From an uncultured Alphaproteobacteria bacterium (GTDB taxonomy: Bacteria > Pseudomonadota > Alphaproteobacteria > CAAHEQ01 > UBA3637), in assembly GCA_944391735.1 (NCBI GenBank), contig CALXUR010000001.1, positions 14,924 to 78,923 on the forward strand: a stretch of DNA of 64,000 nucleotides, in the 5' to 3' direction. The number at the start of each line of letters is the position of its first letter. The first letter of the stretch is position 1. This document shows, one piece after another, positions 8,652 to 17,500 of the stretch. A program made the translations under genes and the position numbers. The notes below the pieces were generated by a model, which did not search any database, was not told where the DNA came from, and saw only the letters and a list, made by a program, of their open reading frames with translations.

Positions 8652-9980
8652 GTGACTCAAAATTTTAATACGGCCGACAGTATGGGACGTTTAATGCTCA
8701 ATGTTTTACTATCTTTTGCTCAATTTGAACGCGAAATATCCGGCGAGCGCATTCGGGATAAAGTAGCTGCCTCGCGTAAAAAAGGTATGTGGACAGGGGG
8801 CCGACTCCCCCTCGGATACGATGTTGTGAACAAAAAACTGATTATTAATCAAAAAGAGGCAGAAATTGTGCGCTATATTTTTAATCGGTATCCAGAGGTT
8901 CCTTCGGAGCTGATTATTGCTAACGAACTGAACGAAAAAGGTTGGCATCCGAAATTAAGAAATGCAACAAATACACCTTCTGTATTTCAGGCAAGCAATA
9001 TTTCTGCCATAATACAAAACCCCATTTACATCGGAAAAATAAAGTTTCATAATGAGTTATATGACGGTATTCATCAACCGATCATTGAAAAAAGTATTTT
9101 TGAAAAAGTAAATAAAATCAAAAAACAAAAGAATCCGGGAAGACCAAAACATCCTGAATACAAAGATGATGGTTTATTAAAAAATTTAATCCAATGCGGA
9201 TGTTGCGATAGTCCCATGCATATAACCACAATTAAACGTGGCCCAAAACGTTATCGGTATTATATCTCTGATATTGCTGAAAAGAAAGGACATAGCCACT
9301 GCGACATTGCACAAGTCAATGCCGGTGAGTTTGAAAATATTATTTTAAAAACAATCAAGCCTCTCTTTAAAACAACAAATTTTATTCAAACATTGGCAAA
9401 TGAAACCAAAAGCATTGATCTCGCTTGTCAAGAACGTGAGGTGTTTGATGCCATGAGTGATTTTGAAGAGGTTTTTGCGGGATTAAGCCTGTCAGCACGC
9501 CGAGAAATCCTACATCTGTTAATTTGTAAGATTATTGTTTATCCAGATCATATTCTGATTGATTTTAGAAACGCCACACGAGCAGTTATGCCACAAAAGA
9601 TGTTGGAATCCTTAGAACCTGGGATAAACATGATAAAAGTCCCTTATTGTTTAATTAAAAAAAGAGGTAAAACAGTTTTGTTATCTGCTCAAATGACAAA
9701 GACAGAAACAGACCAAGCTCTTATAAAAGCGATTGTCCGTGCATTTCAATGGACAAAAACAATGGAGACAGAAGGAATTACCCAAAAAGAACTGGCTAAA
9801 AGAGAGCACATTAATTGTGGATATCTTGGGAAAATCATGCGTCTGACAATTCTGGCACCGAATATTATTCAAGCTATTTTAGAGGGGAAACAACCAACTT
9901 ATCTGACAGTGGATACTTTTATGCGCAATGTTATCCCTTATCGTTGGGATGAACAACGAATCAAGTTTAAATTTAAGTAA
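8652..9980 (+). pseudogene. Large serine recombinase lacking the N-terminal catalytic Ser region
   Basis: The ORF begins in the distal part of the resolvase domain ('GRLMLNVLLSFAQFEREISGERIRDKVAASRKKGMWTGGRLPLGYD'). It continues through the recombinase domain and Zn-ribbon (CGCC...HC). About 90 aa, including the nucleophile Ser, are missing. Confidence 0.75.
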
Positions 9981-10134
9981 AAAAATAGTTTTTAAACATA
10001 CCTTTTCATTTTTCTGAATACCTTTGTATTTTTCAATATATACAAAGGGTTATTTATTGTTTCGGAATCTGTTTTTAATCACAAACTTTTGTTTGTAGAC
10101 GAAAGTCAATTAACAAACAAAAGGAGAAACAGGT

Positions 10135-10622
10135 ATGAAACAAAATCTCACACCGGTATTGCCAACTCATATTCAAAAATTCATTAAAATTCAGGTTGTT
10201 CGACTTATACGAACGCCTTTTTTTGTTATCAGGATCGAGAAGATTTAGAACAAGAACTATGGCTGTTTTATTTTCAAAAATTAAAAGCATTTCAAAACCC
10301 TCGTGTGAACGAGGGTTTCTTTTTTATCGCTATCCGCAACAAAGCATTGGAAATGTTACGAACCAAAAAACGACAAATACATTATTCCCAACAGTACATT
10401 AATGAAGAACTGCTCGCTTCCATTAAAGCAAATCCCATTAAAAACACAGAAGATCAGGAAACTGTTTCAAAAATGTTTGCGGGATTAACATTAAATAAGC
10501 GGGAATGCCTTTTGCTGATCATGGGAGGTGCTAACATCCGAGAAACGAGCCGTTTATTAAATATATCAAAGGAGTCAATTTATAAGATTTTAAAGAAATT
10601 GAAAGAAAATTTTGAAAGTTAG
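10135..10622 (+). pseudogene. Sigma-70 family (ECF/phage-type) sigma factor, frameshifted at a T7 run
   Basis: AAGGAG precedes the ATG at 10135. Frame 1 stops at 10246. Region-2-like 'YQDREDLEQELWLFYFQKLKAF...FFFIAIRNKALEMLR' and the region-4 HTH 'ECLLLIMGGANIRETSRLLNISKESIYKILKKL' continue in another frame. One extra T at 10218-10224 would join them. Confidence 0.7.
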
Positions 10623-10683
10623 CGACACTTTTGGACTGAGCGGCATTTGTAACTGATGAGGAAATAAATGAAAGGAGATTTTG

Positions 10684-10893
10684 ATGAAAAAATCTATTTC
10701 CACTTTTACACGCATCCGAAATATTCCCATTCATCAGTTGATCTGCTGGAAAACTGAAAAACTGGAAAAAACGGAACAAGATGTTCTTAAAGAAATATCA
10801 TATCTAAAAATCCAATTAAAACGAGCAAATCTAACTCTACGTTGGATTAGAGGCATTATTCGAATCAAAACCAACCGGAGGGAACATGGATAA
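10684..10893 (+). CDS. Hypothetical small protein
   Basis: An ORF whose end overlaps the next gene's start. No motif recognised. Confidence 0.3.
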   Translation: MKKSISTFTRIRNIPIHQLICWKTEKLEKTEQDVLKEISYLKIQLKRANLTLRWIRGIIRIKTNRREHG

Positions 10894-11551
10894 AAAGAGT
10901 TCTTTTATTTTCTTTCCGGCAGAATTTTTGTCAGCCATACATAATTTCCGAAAAAGTCAGGTAGCGGATTTAATAATTGCGCTCTGCGAAATTAATTATT
11001 ACGGAGACCTGTCTGTAAAATTATCAGACCCGGTAAAAAAGCGTTTAGAAAATTTACAAGCCACTATTGAAAAGAATAATGCCAAATATAAGGAAATTTG
11101 CGAAAAACGCCAAGCAAGCGGTGCAAAAGGCGGAAGCAAACGTCAAGCAAAAGACAAGCAAACACCAAGCAAACGCAAAGCAAAAGTTCCGCCACCCCAC
11201 ACGGGTGAGTCGGAGAATGAGAATGAATCGGATAATGTAAATGAAAATGGAGATAAAGATAAAGGGGCGGATTGTGTGGATAAGTCGGAATATGTCGGTG
11301 CGCCGAGTGTTGATGAGGTGGCGGCGTATTGCAAAGAAAGCGGGTACACGATTGACCCTGTTGCGTTTGTGAAATGGAATGAGGCTCGTGGCTGGATGAA
11401 TGGCAAGAAGTATATTGCCGTTGATTGGCGTAAAGCCGTTCGGAAATGGTTTTGCAAAGAAAACGGACTGTCACTCAGTGAAATGGAGACTTTCTCGGAT
11501 GTTTGTGCCGATATGCTGGACAAAGTAAAGGCGGTGCACCATGAAAGTTAA
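10886..11551 (+). CDS. Phage replication-associated protein (conserved phage C-terminus type)
   Basis: The C-terminus 'VDEVAAYCKESGYTIDPVAFVKWNEARGWMNGKKYIAVDWRKAVRKWF' matches the pattern of the conserved phage C-terminal domain (Phg_2220_C type). The middle is a low-complexity basic linker. Confidence 0.6.
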   Translation: MDKKSSFIFFPAEFLSAIHNFRKSQVADLIIALCEINYYGDLSVKLSDPVKKRLENLQATIEKNNAKYKEICEKRQASGAKGGSKRQAKDKQTPSKRKAKVPPPHTGESENENESDNVNENGDKDKGADCVDKSEYVGAPSVDEVAAYCKESGYTIDPVAFVKWNEARGWMNGKKYIAVDWRKAVRKWFCKENGLSLSEMETFSDVCADMLDKVKAVHHES

Positions 11552-11926
11552 GAGTATTGATGAAATCAAAGACATCTTGGAAACAGCCGCTTATGTTGAT
11601 CGTCTGCTTCCCGCTGTTCAGGCTCCGAAATATCGGTGTTGCATGCCGGAGATTATTTATACGCCCCAAGAAATCGCCTTTATGGATCGGCGGCCGGTTA
11701 GACCTCGCCCAACCCAAGAACAGGTCAGTTTATGGGAAATGGTTATTTTGAATGGATGCCGCTTTTAGAGATTTATGAACGGCGACTGGTTTGGAAACGT
11801 GCTAATCGTATTCCATGGAAACTGCTTTGCCGCGAATTCGGGGTTTCTCGGCAACAATTGTGGCTAAAATACGACAAAGCACTCACAAAAATTCAGTTCG
11901 GTACAAAGCCCAAAAAATGTCATTGA
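11541..11926 (+). pseudogene. Phage-type HTH-like gene split by a frameshift at a T4 run
   Basis: ORFs 11541..11768 and 11732..11926 overlap. Adding one T at 11746-11749 yields a continuous '...QVSLWEMVIFEWMPLLEIYERRLVWKRANRIPWKLLCREFGVSRQQLW...'. Confidence 0.45.
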
Positions 11927-12027
11927 CATCTTTTGGCTTTACATTTTACCCATTTTCAACCTATGTTATGGTTATAATCGGGACGAATCCATAAGGAACG
12001 TCCCTTATTTTTACAAAAAAGCATTGG

Positions 12028-12056
12028 CTCGTCAGCTCTGGCTGACGGGCTTTTTT
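12028..12056 (+). terminator. Rho-independent terminator-like hairpin just upstream of the MetK-like start
   Basis: A 9-bp stem ctcgtcagc/gctgacggg with loop tctg, followed by cTTTTTT. A weaker hairpin gggacg/cgtccc plus a T-rich tail lies at 11980-12012. Confidence 0.6.
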
Positions 12057-12077
12057 CATATCCAAAAAGGAGAAATT

Positions 12078-12773
12078 ATGAAAAAAACAGCGGAAGCGGT
12101 GTCGCTCGGACACCCCGATAAAACGGCGGACTATATCTCAAGTTACATTTTAGACCGAATGATTGCCCAAGACGAGCAAGTCAAATATGCGGTTGAAGTT
12201 ATGATTAAAGACAATACGGTGGTTTTGGGTGGCGAGATTACGGGTAATGTGGATTTATCCAATCTTGAAGAGTTTGTTAAAAATGCACTTCGTGATATCG
12301 GGTATGATGAATGTTATGCTGAAAACTGGGGTACAAATGCCATAGATGTCCGCAAAATTGAAGTCATAAACCTCATAGGTCAACAGTCAGCAGACATAAA
12401 CCAAGGTGTTATTTCCAACGGTTGGGGCGATCAAGGCGTGTTTGTTGGTTATGCTTGCAAGGGCGACGGACTTATCAGCAAGGAACAATATCTAGCCCGT
12501 TTCTTGAACAACGCCCTTTATATCAAGGCCCGCCAGAGTAAAAACCTCGGGATTGATATCAAAACGCAAATTACCCTCAATGATTACGGGCATATTGAGA
12601 CGGCAATTGTCGCCCTTCCGATGCTTGAACACGAAGATTTGAGCGGTTTTATTGTTCAAACATTGGGTGAAAAGCCCGATAACATCATCGTAAATGGCAC
12701 AGGGACGTTCAAATTGCATTCCTCCATCGCAGACTGCGGCATTACCGGTCGCAAATTAGCCTGCGATTTTTAG
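12078..12773 (+). pseudogene. metK: S-adenosylmethionine synthetase (MetK)-like gene lacking the C-terminal third
   Basis: 'VSLGHPDKTADYIS..ILD', 'QSADINQGV', 'GWGDQGVFVGYA' and 'DCGITGRKLACD' match MetK blocks. The ORF stops right after the GRK motif, and no downstream frame continues the family sequence. Confidence 0.7.
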
Positions 12774-12824
12774 AATATTCCCAAAAAATTTTAAGCATTC
12801 AGAGTTTTTCCAACAAAATAAAGT

Positions 12825-12853
12825 TTGACTTTTAAATTTATTTGTGATATAAT
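12825..12853 (+). promoter_or_regulatory. Near-consensus sigma-70 promoter with extended -10
   Basis: TTGACT (12825-12830), a 17-nt spacer ending in TG, then TATAAT (12848-12853). The next ATG is at 12862. Confidence 0.65.
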
Positions 12854-12861
12854 ACGGATTT

Positions 12862-13388
12862 ATGGATTTAAGTTATATAGAACAATATAGGTTACTTTAT
12901 AAAAACAAGCCAAGATATGGGAAGACTTCTTTATCGTTGTTTCCTATTGTGGCACCGTTAATACGACAAATGGGTTGTTCTGAAATTTTAGATTATGGTT
13001 GTGGGCAGAGCCAACTTGCTGATGTTTTGGAGAAAAAATTGAACGTATTCGTATATAAATATGATCCAGCGATTGCCAAATTTTCTATCCTTCCAACAAG
13101 AAAATTCGATTTTGTAATTTGTACAGATGTTTTACAACATATTCCAATTAAGGATTTAAATGAAGTTCTTTTACAAATAAAAAAATATTCATCTAACTGT
13201 TTTTTTATATTAAGTGTTCAAAACATCATACATTATTACCCAACGGCATGTTGGCAAATTGTACAGTTCATTCACCAAAATGGTGGCAAACCAGACTAGG
13301 CCTTTTTTTTAATATTGTTACAAAAATGCCTACGGAAGATAAAACGATTGCCTCTTTTGTAACAAAAGGAGTTCATAATGACTTATAA
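12862..13388 (+). pseudogene. Class I SAM-dependent methyltransferase, frameshifted at a T7 run
   Basis: Motif I 'ILDYGCGQSQLA' and 'FDFVICTDVLQHIP' are present. After the T-run at 13200-13206 a sensible C-terminus ('YIKCSKHHTLLPNGMLANCTVHSPKWWQTRL...') continues in the other frame to a stop at 13386-13388, overlapping the next ATG. Confidence 0.7.
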
Positions 13389-14550
13389 TATTCATATTAG
13401 AGATGAAATATTTGGTGGTACGGTTTTAAACTTGATTACAGGAAAGAGAGAATATGTTAATGAACAAGAATTATCTGATATCCTTGTATATAATAGATTT
13501 CCTACCAATTCTATTACTAAAAATATAGATCAGCATCATTATATTAAACATATTTCTATAGAGGATAGTAAAAAAATTAAGAACGGATTTAGTTTTGCTG
13601 ATGTAGCATTTATTGAATTAACCAGAGCGTGCAATTTAAAATGTCCTCACTGTTTAAACAATTCTGGTTCAAAACAAAATTCTCAAATGTCTTTCAGAGA
13701 AATTACAGAGCTTATTAAAGAACTGGCCTGTGCCGGACTGCAGGAAATCAGATTTACGGGTGGAGAACCGCTATTACATCAAAATCTTTATGATTTTATC
13801 CAATTAACAACTGATTTGGGACTATATTCATCTTTGGGAACAAATGGAACTCTATTAACTGAGGAAGTTGCGCTAAACTTAAAAAAAGCAGGATTAAGAA
13901 AAGCTGTGGTCAGTATTGATGGCACTCAAGAGCAACATGATAAAATCAGGGGGACTGGAAATTATACTAAATCATTTAATGCCTTATATTATTTAATAAA
14001 AAATGATATAGATGTACGTATTAATTCAGTGCTTATGAAATCTAACATGAAAGATATTATTGATTTTGCGAAACAAGTTCATGATAAGAAAATTTTACTT
14101 TTTATTAGACGATTCATAGAATCTGGAAGAGGGAGTTCTTTAAAAAACAATATGTTAAGCAAAAAAGATTATGATTATGTTAGACAAAGTTTAAGTAATG
14201 AACTTGAAACTGGAGGATATGTTAATGGTCACTATTTACGAAATGATGAGGGAATACATCCTCGAATTTCACTGCCATTTAAAATTAAAGCTTGTAAAGC
14301 AGGACAACGAGCATTAGCAATTATGCCTAATGGTGACATACACCTGTGTGGTTTTTTGGCGGCTCAAAATTTTCCGGCAGTTAGCAACATAAGAGAAATT
14401 CATGATTGGTCTTTGTTTTGGAAAAATCTACAAGCGTCAGATCAATTATCTGATTTATATAATAATTTAGATAAATATAATAGTGTTCCTGGTATTCAAA
14501 CAACCTATTGTTTGGCATATGTGCAAAATTTTTTAAATAAGAGGCAATAA
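13378..14550 (+). CDS. Radical SAM enzyme (PqqE-like core) with N-terminal extension and twitch/SPASM-like C-terminal region
   Basis: The CX3CX2C motif sits in 'ELTRACNLKCPHCLNN'; 'RFTGGEPLL' and 'GTNGTLL' are also present. The C-terminus has 'CKAGQRALAIMPNGDIHLCGF' plus one more Cys. An extension of about 80 aa precedes the cluster motif. Confidence 0.85.
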   Translation: MTYNIHIRDEIFGGTVLNLITGKREYVNEQELSDILVYNRFPTNSITKNIDQHHYIKHISIEDSKKIKNGFSFADVAFIELTRACNLKCPHCLNNSGSKQNSQMSFREITELIKELACAGLQEIRFTGGEPLLHQNLYDFIQLTTDLGLYSSLGTNGTLLTEEVALNLKKAGLRKAVVSIDGTQEQHDKIRGTGNYTKSFNALYYLIKNDIDVRINSVLMKSNMKDIIDFAKQVHDKKILLFIRRFIESGRGSSLKNNMLSKKDYDYVRQSLSNELETGGYVNGHYLRNDEGIHPRISLPFKIKACKAGQRALAIMPNGDIHLCGFLAAQNFPAVSNIREIHDWSLFWKNLQASDQLSDLYNNLDKYNSVPGIQTTYCLAYVQNFLNKRQ

Positions 14551-14552
14551 CA

Positions 14553-15143
14553 ATGTTAATCGCTTTAACCGGATTACATGCAGCTGGGAAAAGTCACTTC
14601 ACACACACAATCCCAGAGAAGTTTGGATTTTCTGTTTATAACAAAAAAGAAGTGATTGCTACAATTTGTCAAAATGAAACCGGACGTAAAGATTGGGATG
14701 TTTGGTATCGAGATGAATTTAGAAAAGATCCATATTTAATGACATCTAAAATTATTTCTGTTATACCTAAAAGTGAAAATAGCATATTGGATTCGGTTCA
14801 CAGCTATAATGAGTGGCAAATTATAAAACAGATAAGAGAAGAGTGTTTCTTATCAGTGGTTGTAACACCTAAGCTTATCCGTTCTTTGCGATGGGAAAAA
14901 GATGATAAAACAAAGGATTTACAACGCATTAAGTATTGGCATAGTGTATATGGAGAAGAATTAGGGTGTTTATTGGCGGAGGCAGATTGGTCGTTTAATG
15001 GGGCCGCGTCACAAGAACTAAACGAAAAGGGATTTAAAGAATTGATTGGGCTGCTTTCTCGGAAACGATGCATTTCCCATCAGATACCGTTAAAACAATT
15101 AGAGCAACAAAGACAAAGAGGGATTGAACATGACAATTGTTAA
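14553..15143 (+). CDS. P-loop NTPase / nucleotide-kinase-like protein
   Basis: An N-terminal Walker A 'LTGLHAAGKS'. The size (196 aa) and layout resemble small nucleoside or nucleotide kinases. Confidence 0.55.
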   Translation: MLIALTGLHAAGKSHFTHTIPEKFGFSVYNKKEVIATICQNETGRKDWDVWYRDEFRKDPYLMTSKIISVIPKSENSILDSVHSYNEWQIIKQIREECFLSVVVTPKLIRSLRWEKDDKTKDLQRIKYWHSVYGEELGCLLAEADWSFNGAASQELNEKGFKELIGLLSRKRCISHQIPLKQLEQQRQRGIEHDNC

Positions 15144-15576
15144 AAAAGCCGGCTGTGTTTTAATAAATAAAAAAACAAAAATGATTGGGTTAATCTATAG
15201 ACAAAAACAAAAAGATTATTCTTTTTCAAAAGGTCATTTAGAAGAGGGAGAAACTTTAGAAGAATGTGCTATAAGAGAAACAGAAGAAGAAACAGGGAGG
15301 ATGTGTACCATTATTCCATCACAACCGCTTCCAGTTTTAAGGTACATAGATTCAAAAGGTGATAAAACAGAAGCTTTTTATTTTTTAGCACAAGATATAG
15401 GGTCTTCCACAACAAGTTTTAATCCAGATCTTGTGCATGAAATTATTTGGGTTCCTTATGATAAGGTTGATAAAACTCTATCATATCCAAATTTAATTCA
15501 ATTCTGGAATGATATTAAACCATTAGTTAAGAAGGCATTGTATGAAGATACTAAAGATTTTTTTATCCAGAAATGA
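15130..15576 (+). CDS. Nudix hydrolase
   Basis: Complete Nudix box 'GHLEEGETLEECAIRETEEETG'. Confidence 0.85.
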   Translation: MTIVKKAGCVLINKKTKMIGLIYRQKQKDYSFSKGHLEEGETLEECAIRETEEETGRMCTIIPSQPLPVLRYIDSKGDKTEAFYFLAQDIGSSTTSFNPDLVHEIIWVPYDKVDKTLSYPNLIQFWNDIKPLVKKALYEDTKDFFIQK

Positions 15577-15796
15577 TGATTCCGAAATGTGTATGATTTA
15601 TGATGTTATTGTGCATCCGCATTATCAGAAAAAAGGGGTTGGCACCCTATTGATGAATGAGGTTTTAAAATACATTCAAACCAATCATTTTGCGACCGTC
15701 AGTTTGTTTTACGATACTAATAATAATACGTTAACCCGTTTTTACGAAAAATTTGGATTTATCCAAATTCCAAATACAATGCGATTAAAAAAGTAA
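15542..15796 (+). pseudogene. GNAT acetyltransferase fragment (C-terminal half only)
   Basis: Contains motif A 'VHPHYQKKGVGTLLMNEV' and the 'FYEKFGF' tail. Only about 84 aa remain, and the start overlaps the preceding Nudix gene. Confidence 0.55.
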
Positions 15797-15973
15797 AATC
15801 CTTAGGAATTGATATCTTGAACGTGCCAGAACTTTACTTTCAAAGAGATACTTTTATCAATACATATTTACAAAATTGATTTGATATTTTATTAAAACTT
15901 TTGTATATTGAAACGATAAAAAGATGTTTTGAAGGTATCACCATTTATTCCAAAATCAAAAAGAAAAGATAGA

Positions 15974-16465
15974 ATGAAAATCTATATTATCGGCGGACCC
16001 GGCAGCGGAAAAACGACTTATGCCAAAAAATTATCTGCAAAATGGTGCATTCCTCATTTTGATTTAGATGAAATCAAATGGGTTAATGGAGGCAGTCAAT
16101 CTCCTTATAATCAAAAACGATCCCCGGAAGAGCGAACACGTCTTTTAAATGATATTCTAACCCAAAACAATCATTGGATTTGTGAGGGGGTTTATTTTCA
16201 AGATTGGATAATACCCGTCATCCAACAAGCCGATATTGTCCTTATTTTACAAACTTCCACCTGGATTCGGCAATATCGCATTATTAAACGGTCTTTTAGG
16301 CGATTATTCCATTTTGATCCCCCCAAATATAAAGAAACGCCCCTCACTTTGTTTCGTTTATTGCGTTGGTCCCAGGTTTATGATACAAAATATTTACCTC
16401 AAGCATTGGCAAAAATCACAGCTGCAAAAACCAAATATCATATTATCAAACGAAGGAAAAAATGA
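15974..16465 (+). CDS. P-loop kinase of the adenylate-kinase / 'topology modulation' (FlaR-like) type
   Basis: 'MKIYIIGGPGSGKTTYAKKLS...PHFDLDEIKW'. It resembles the ORF at 25815..26339. Confidence 0.65.
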   Translation: MKIYIIGGPGSGKTTYAKKLSAKWCIPHFDLDEIKWVNGGSQSPYNQKRSPEERTRLLNDILTQNNHWICEGVYFQDWIIPVIQQADIVLILQTSTWIRQYRIIKRSFRRLFHFDPPKYKETPLTLFRLLRWSQVYDTKYLPQALAKITAAKTKYHIIKRRKK

Positions 16466-16872
16466 CATATTGCATTAAAAAATCGGCGGCGGTTTTTATT
16501 TTCCAAAAAGGAAATGAATATTTATTCCTGAAAAGGGAGCACACCGGTGCAGGGGATGGGTTTTATATGTTGCCTGCCGGACATATCGATGACGGGGAAA
16601 CTGTTTTAGAAGGGGCCGTCCGTGAAATACAAGAGGAGCTAAATGTAACGGTTCAACCTCAAGATTTAGAGTTTAAAATCGTAGTTGTCACACAAACACA
16701 CGTTAATTTTTTCTTTCAGATAAAAAAATACACGGGTGTATTAAAAAATAATGAATTAGCAAAACACAGTGATTTAAAATATCTGCCACTGACAGCAAAA
16801 GACATTTCTCCCGATATTCCTATTAAGATCTCTTTAATAGAAAAAGGGGTATATTTTTGGGAAGAAAAATGA
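16462..16872 (+). CDS. Nudix hydrolase
   Basis: Nudix box 'GHIDDGETVLEGAVREIQEELN'. The ATG overlaps the previous stop (ATGA). Confidence 0.8.
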   Translation: MTYCIKKSAAVFIFQKGNEYLFLKREHTGAGDGFYMLPAGHIDDGETVLEGAVREIQEELNVTVQPQDLEFKIVVVTQTHVNFFFQIKKYTGVLKNNELAKHSDLKYLPLTAKDISPDIPIKISLIEKGVYFWEEK

Positions 16873-16983
16873 AAAAAATCAACAGAGCAAAATATATCGG
16901 TTGTAACACAGGCGGGTAATTTAAACAGATTACGTCAGATAAAAAATTAAAGTGTAACAAAGAAGAATCAAAAGGATCCTATT

Positions 16984-17496
16984 ATGAAAATATTAAACCC
17001 CGTTCAAATGATAACTGACGATATTTGTTTTCAGACGGAAAATCAACGTCGATTTCGATTAAGGGCGGCCGGTATTATTATTGAAAACAAACAGATTTTA
17101 TTTGCCCATAATGAAAAAGAACCGTATTATTATTCTGTCGGCGGAGCAATCAAGTTGGGAGAAACTGCCGAAGAAGCCTGTATACGAGAGGTTTTTGAGG
17201 AAACCGGTATTCATTACGAAATTGACAGACTTGCCTTTATTCACGAGAACTTTTTTAAACGGGATGACGGAACACTCAAAGGATTAGACTGTCATGAAAT
17301 TAATTTTTATTTTCTCATGAAATCTCGAGGGACACAAGTTCTCAACAGTCACAGTTCAACACTCGGCATTCCGGAGCACATGGCTTGGCTACCGATGAAC
17401 GCATTGGATCAATACGAAGCCTATCCGATGTTTTTCAGAACAAAATTAAAAAACATCAAAACATCAGGCTTTGAACATATTATAACACGCGGGTAA
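16984..17496 (+). CDS. Nudix hydrolase
   Basis: Nudix box 'GGAIKLGETAEEACIREVFEETG'. Confidence 0.8.
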   Translation: MKILNPVQMITDDICFQTENQRRFRLRAAGIIIENKQILFAHNEKEPYYYSVGGAIKLGETAEEACIREVFEETGIHYEIDRLAFIHENFFKRDDGTLKGLDCHEINFYFLMKSRGTQVLNSHSSTLGIPEHMAWLPMNALDQYEAYPMFFRTKLKNIKTSGFEHIITRG

Positions 17497-17500
17497 ACAA

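Larger units (their letters stand above)
8620..11926. mobile_element. Decayed prophage / integrative-element remnant
   Basis: Contains a truncated serine recombinase, a frameshifted phage-type sigma factor, a phage replication-type protein with the conserved phage C-terminus, and a frameshifted HTH-like gene. The region is AT-rich. Confidence 0.5.

Noticed and set aside
11064-11523. Antisense ORFs (136 and 126 aa) within the phage replication-type gene.
   Set aside because: They lie opposite a gene with a recognisable conserved C-terminus. Their His/Pro/Ser-rich low-complexity translations are caused by the GA-rich linker on the sense strand.
11927-12077. A SAM riboswitch upstream of the MetK-like gene.
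   Set aside because: Hairpins with T-runs are present. However, I could not recognise the conserved cores of SAM-I (no CUUAUCAAGAG...GGUGCUAA pattern), and I cannot reliably judge SAM-II or SAM-V by eye. This needs a covariance-model scan.
13378-14550. The radical SAM gene as a prokaryotic viperin (pVip), given its kinase neighbours.
   Set aside because: The core looks PqqE/anSME-like, with a C-terminal auxiliary-cluster-type Cys motif (C-x14-G-x4-C style) and an N-terminal extension. Neither feature is expected in viperins. The viperin call was dropped, but the nucleotide-chemistry hypothesis was kept.
15542-15576. A Nudix-GNAT fusion created by a frameshift at the T-run near 15557.
   Set aside because: Even if the two were fused, the GNAT N-terminal half (about 60-70 aa) has no coding space, because the Nudix domain is complete up to its own stop. 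A truncated remnant is the simpler reading.
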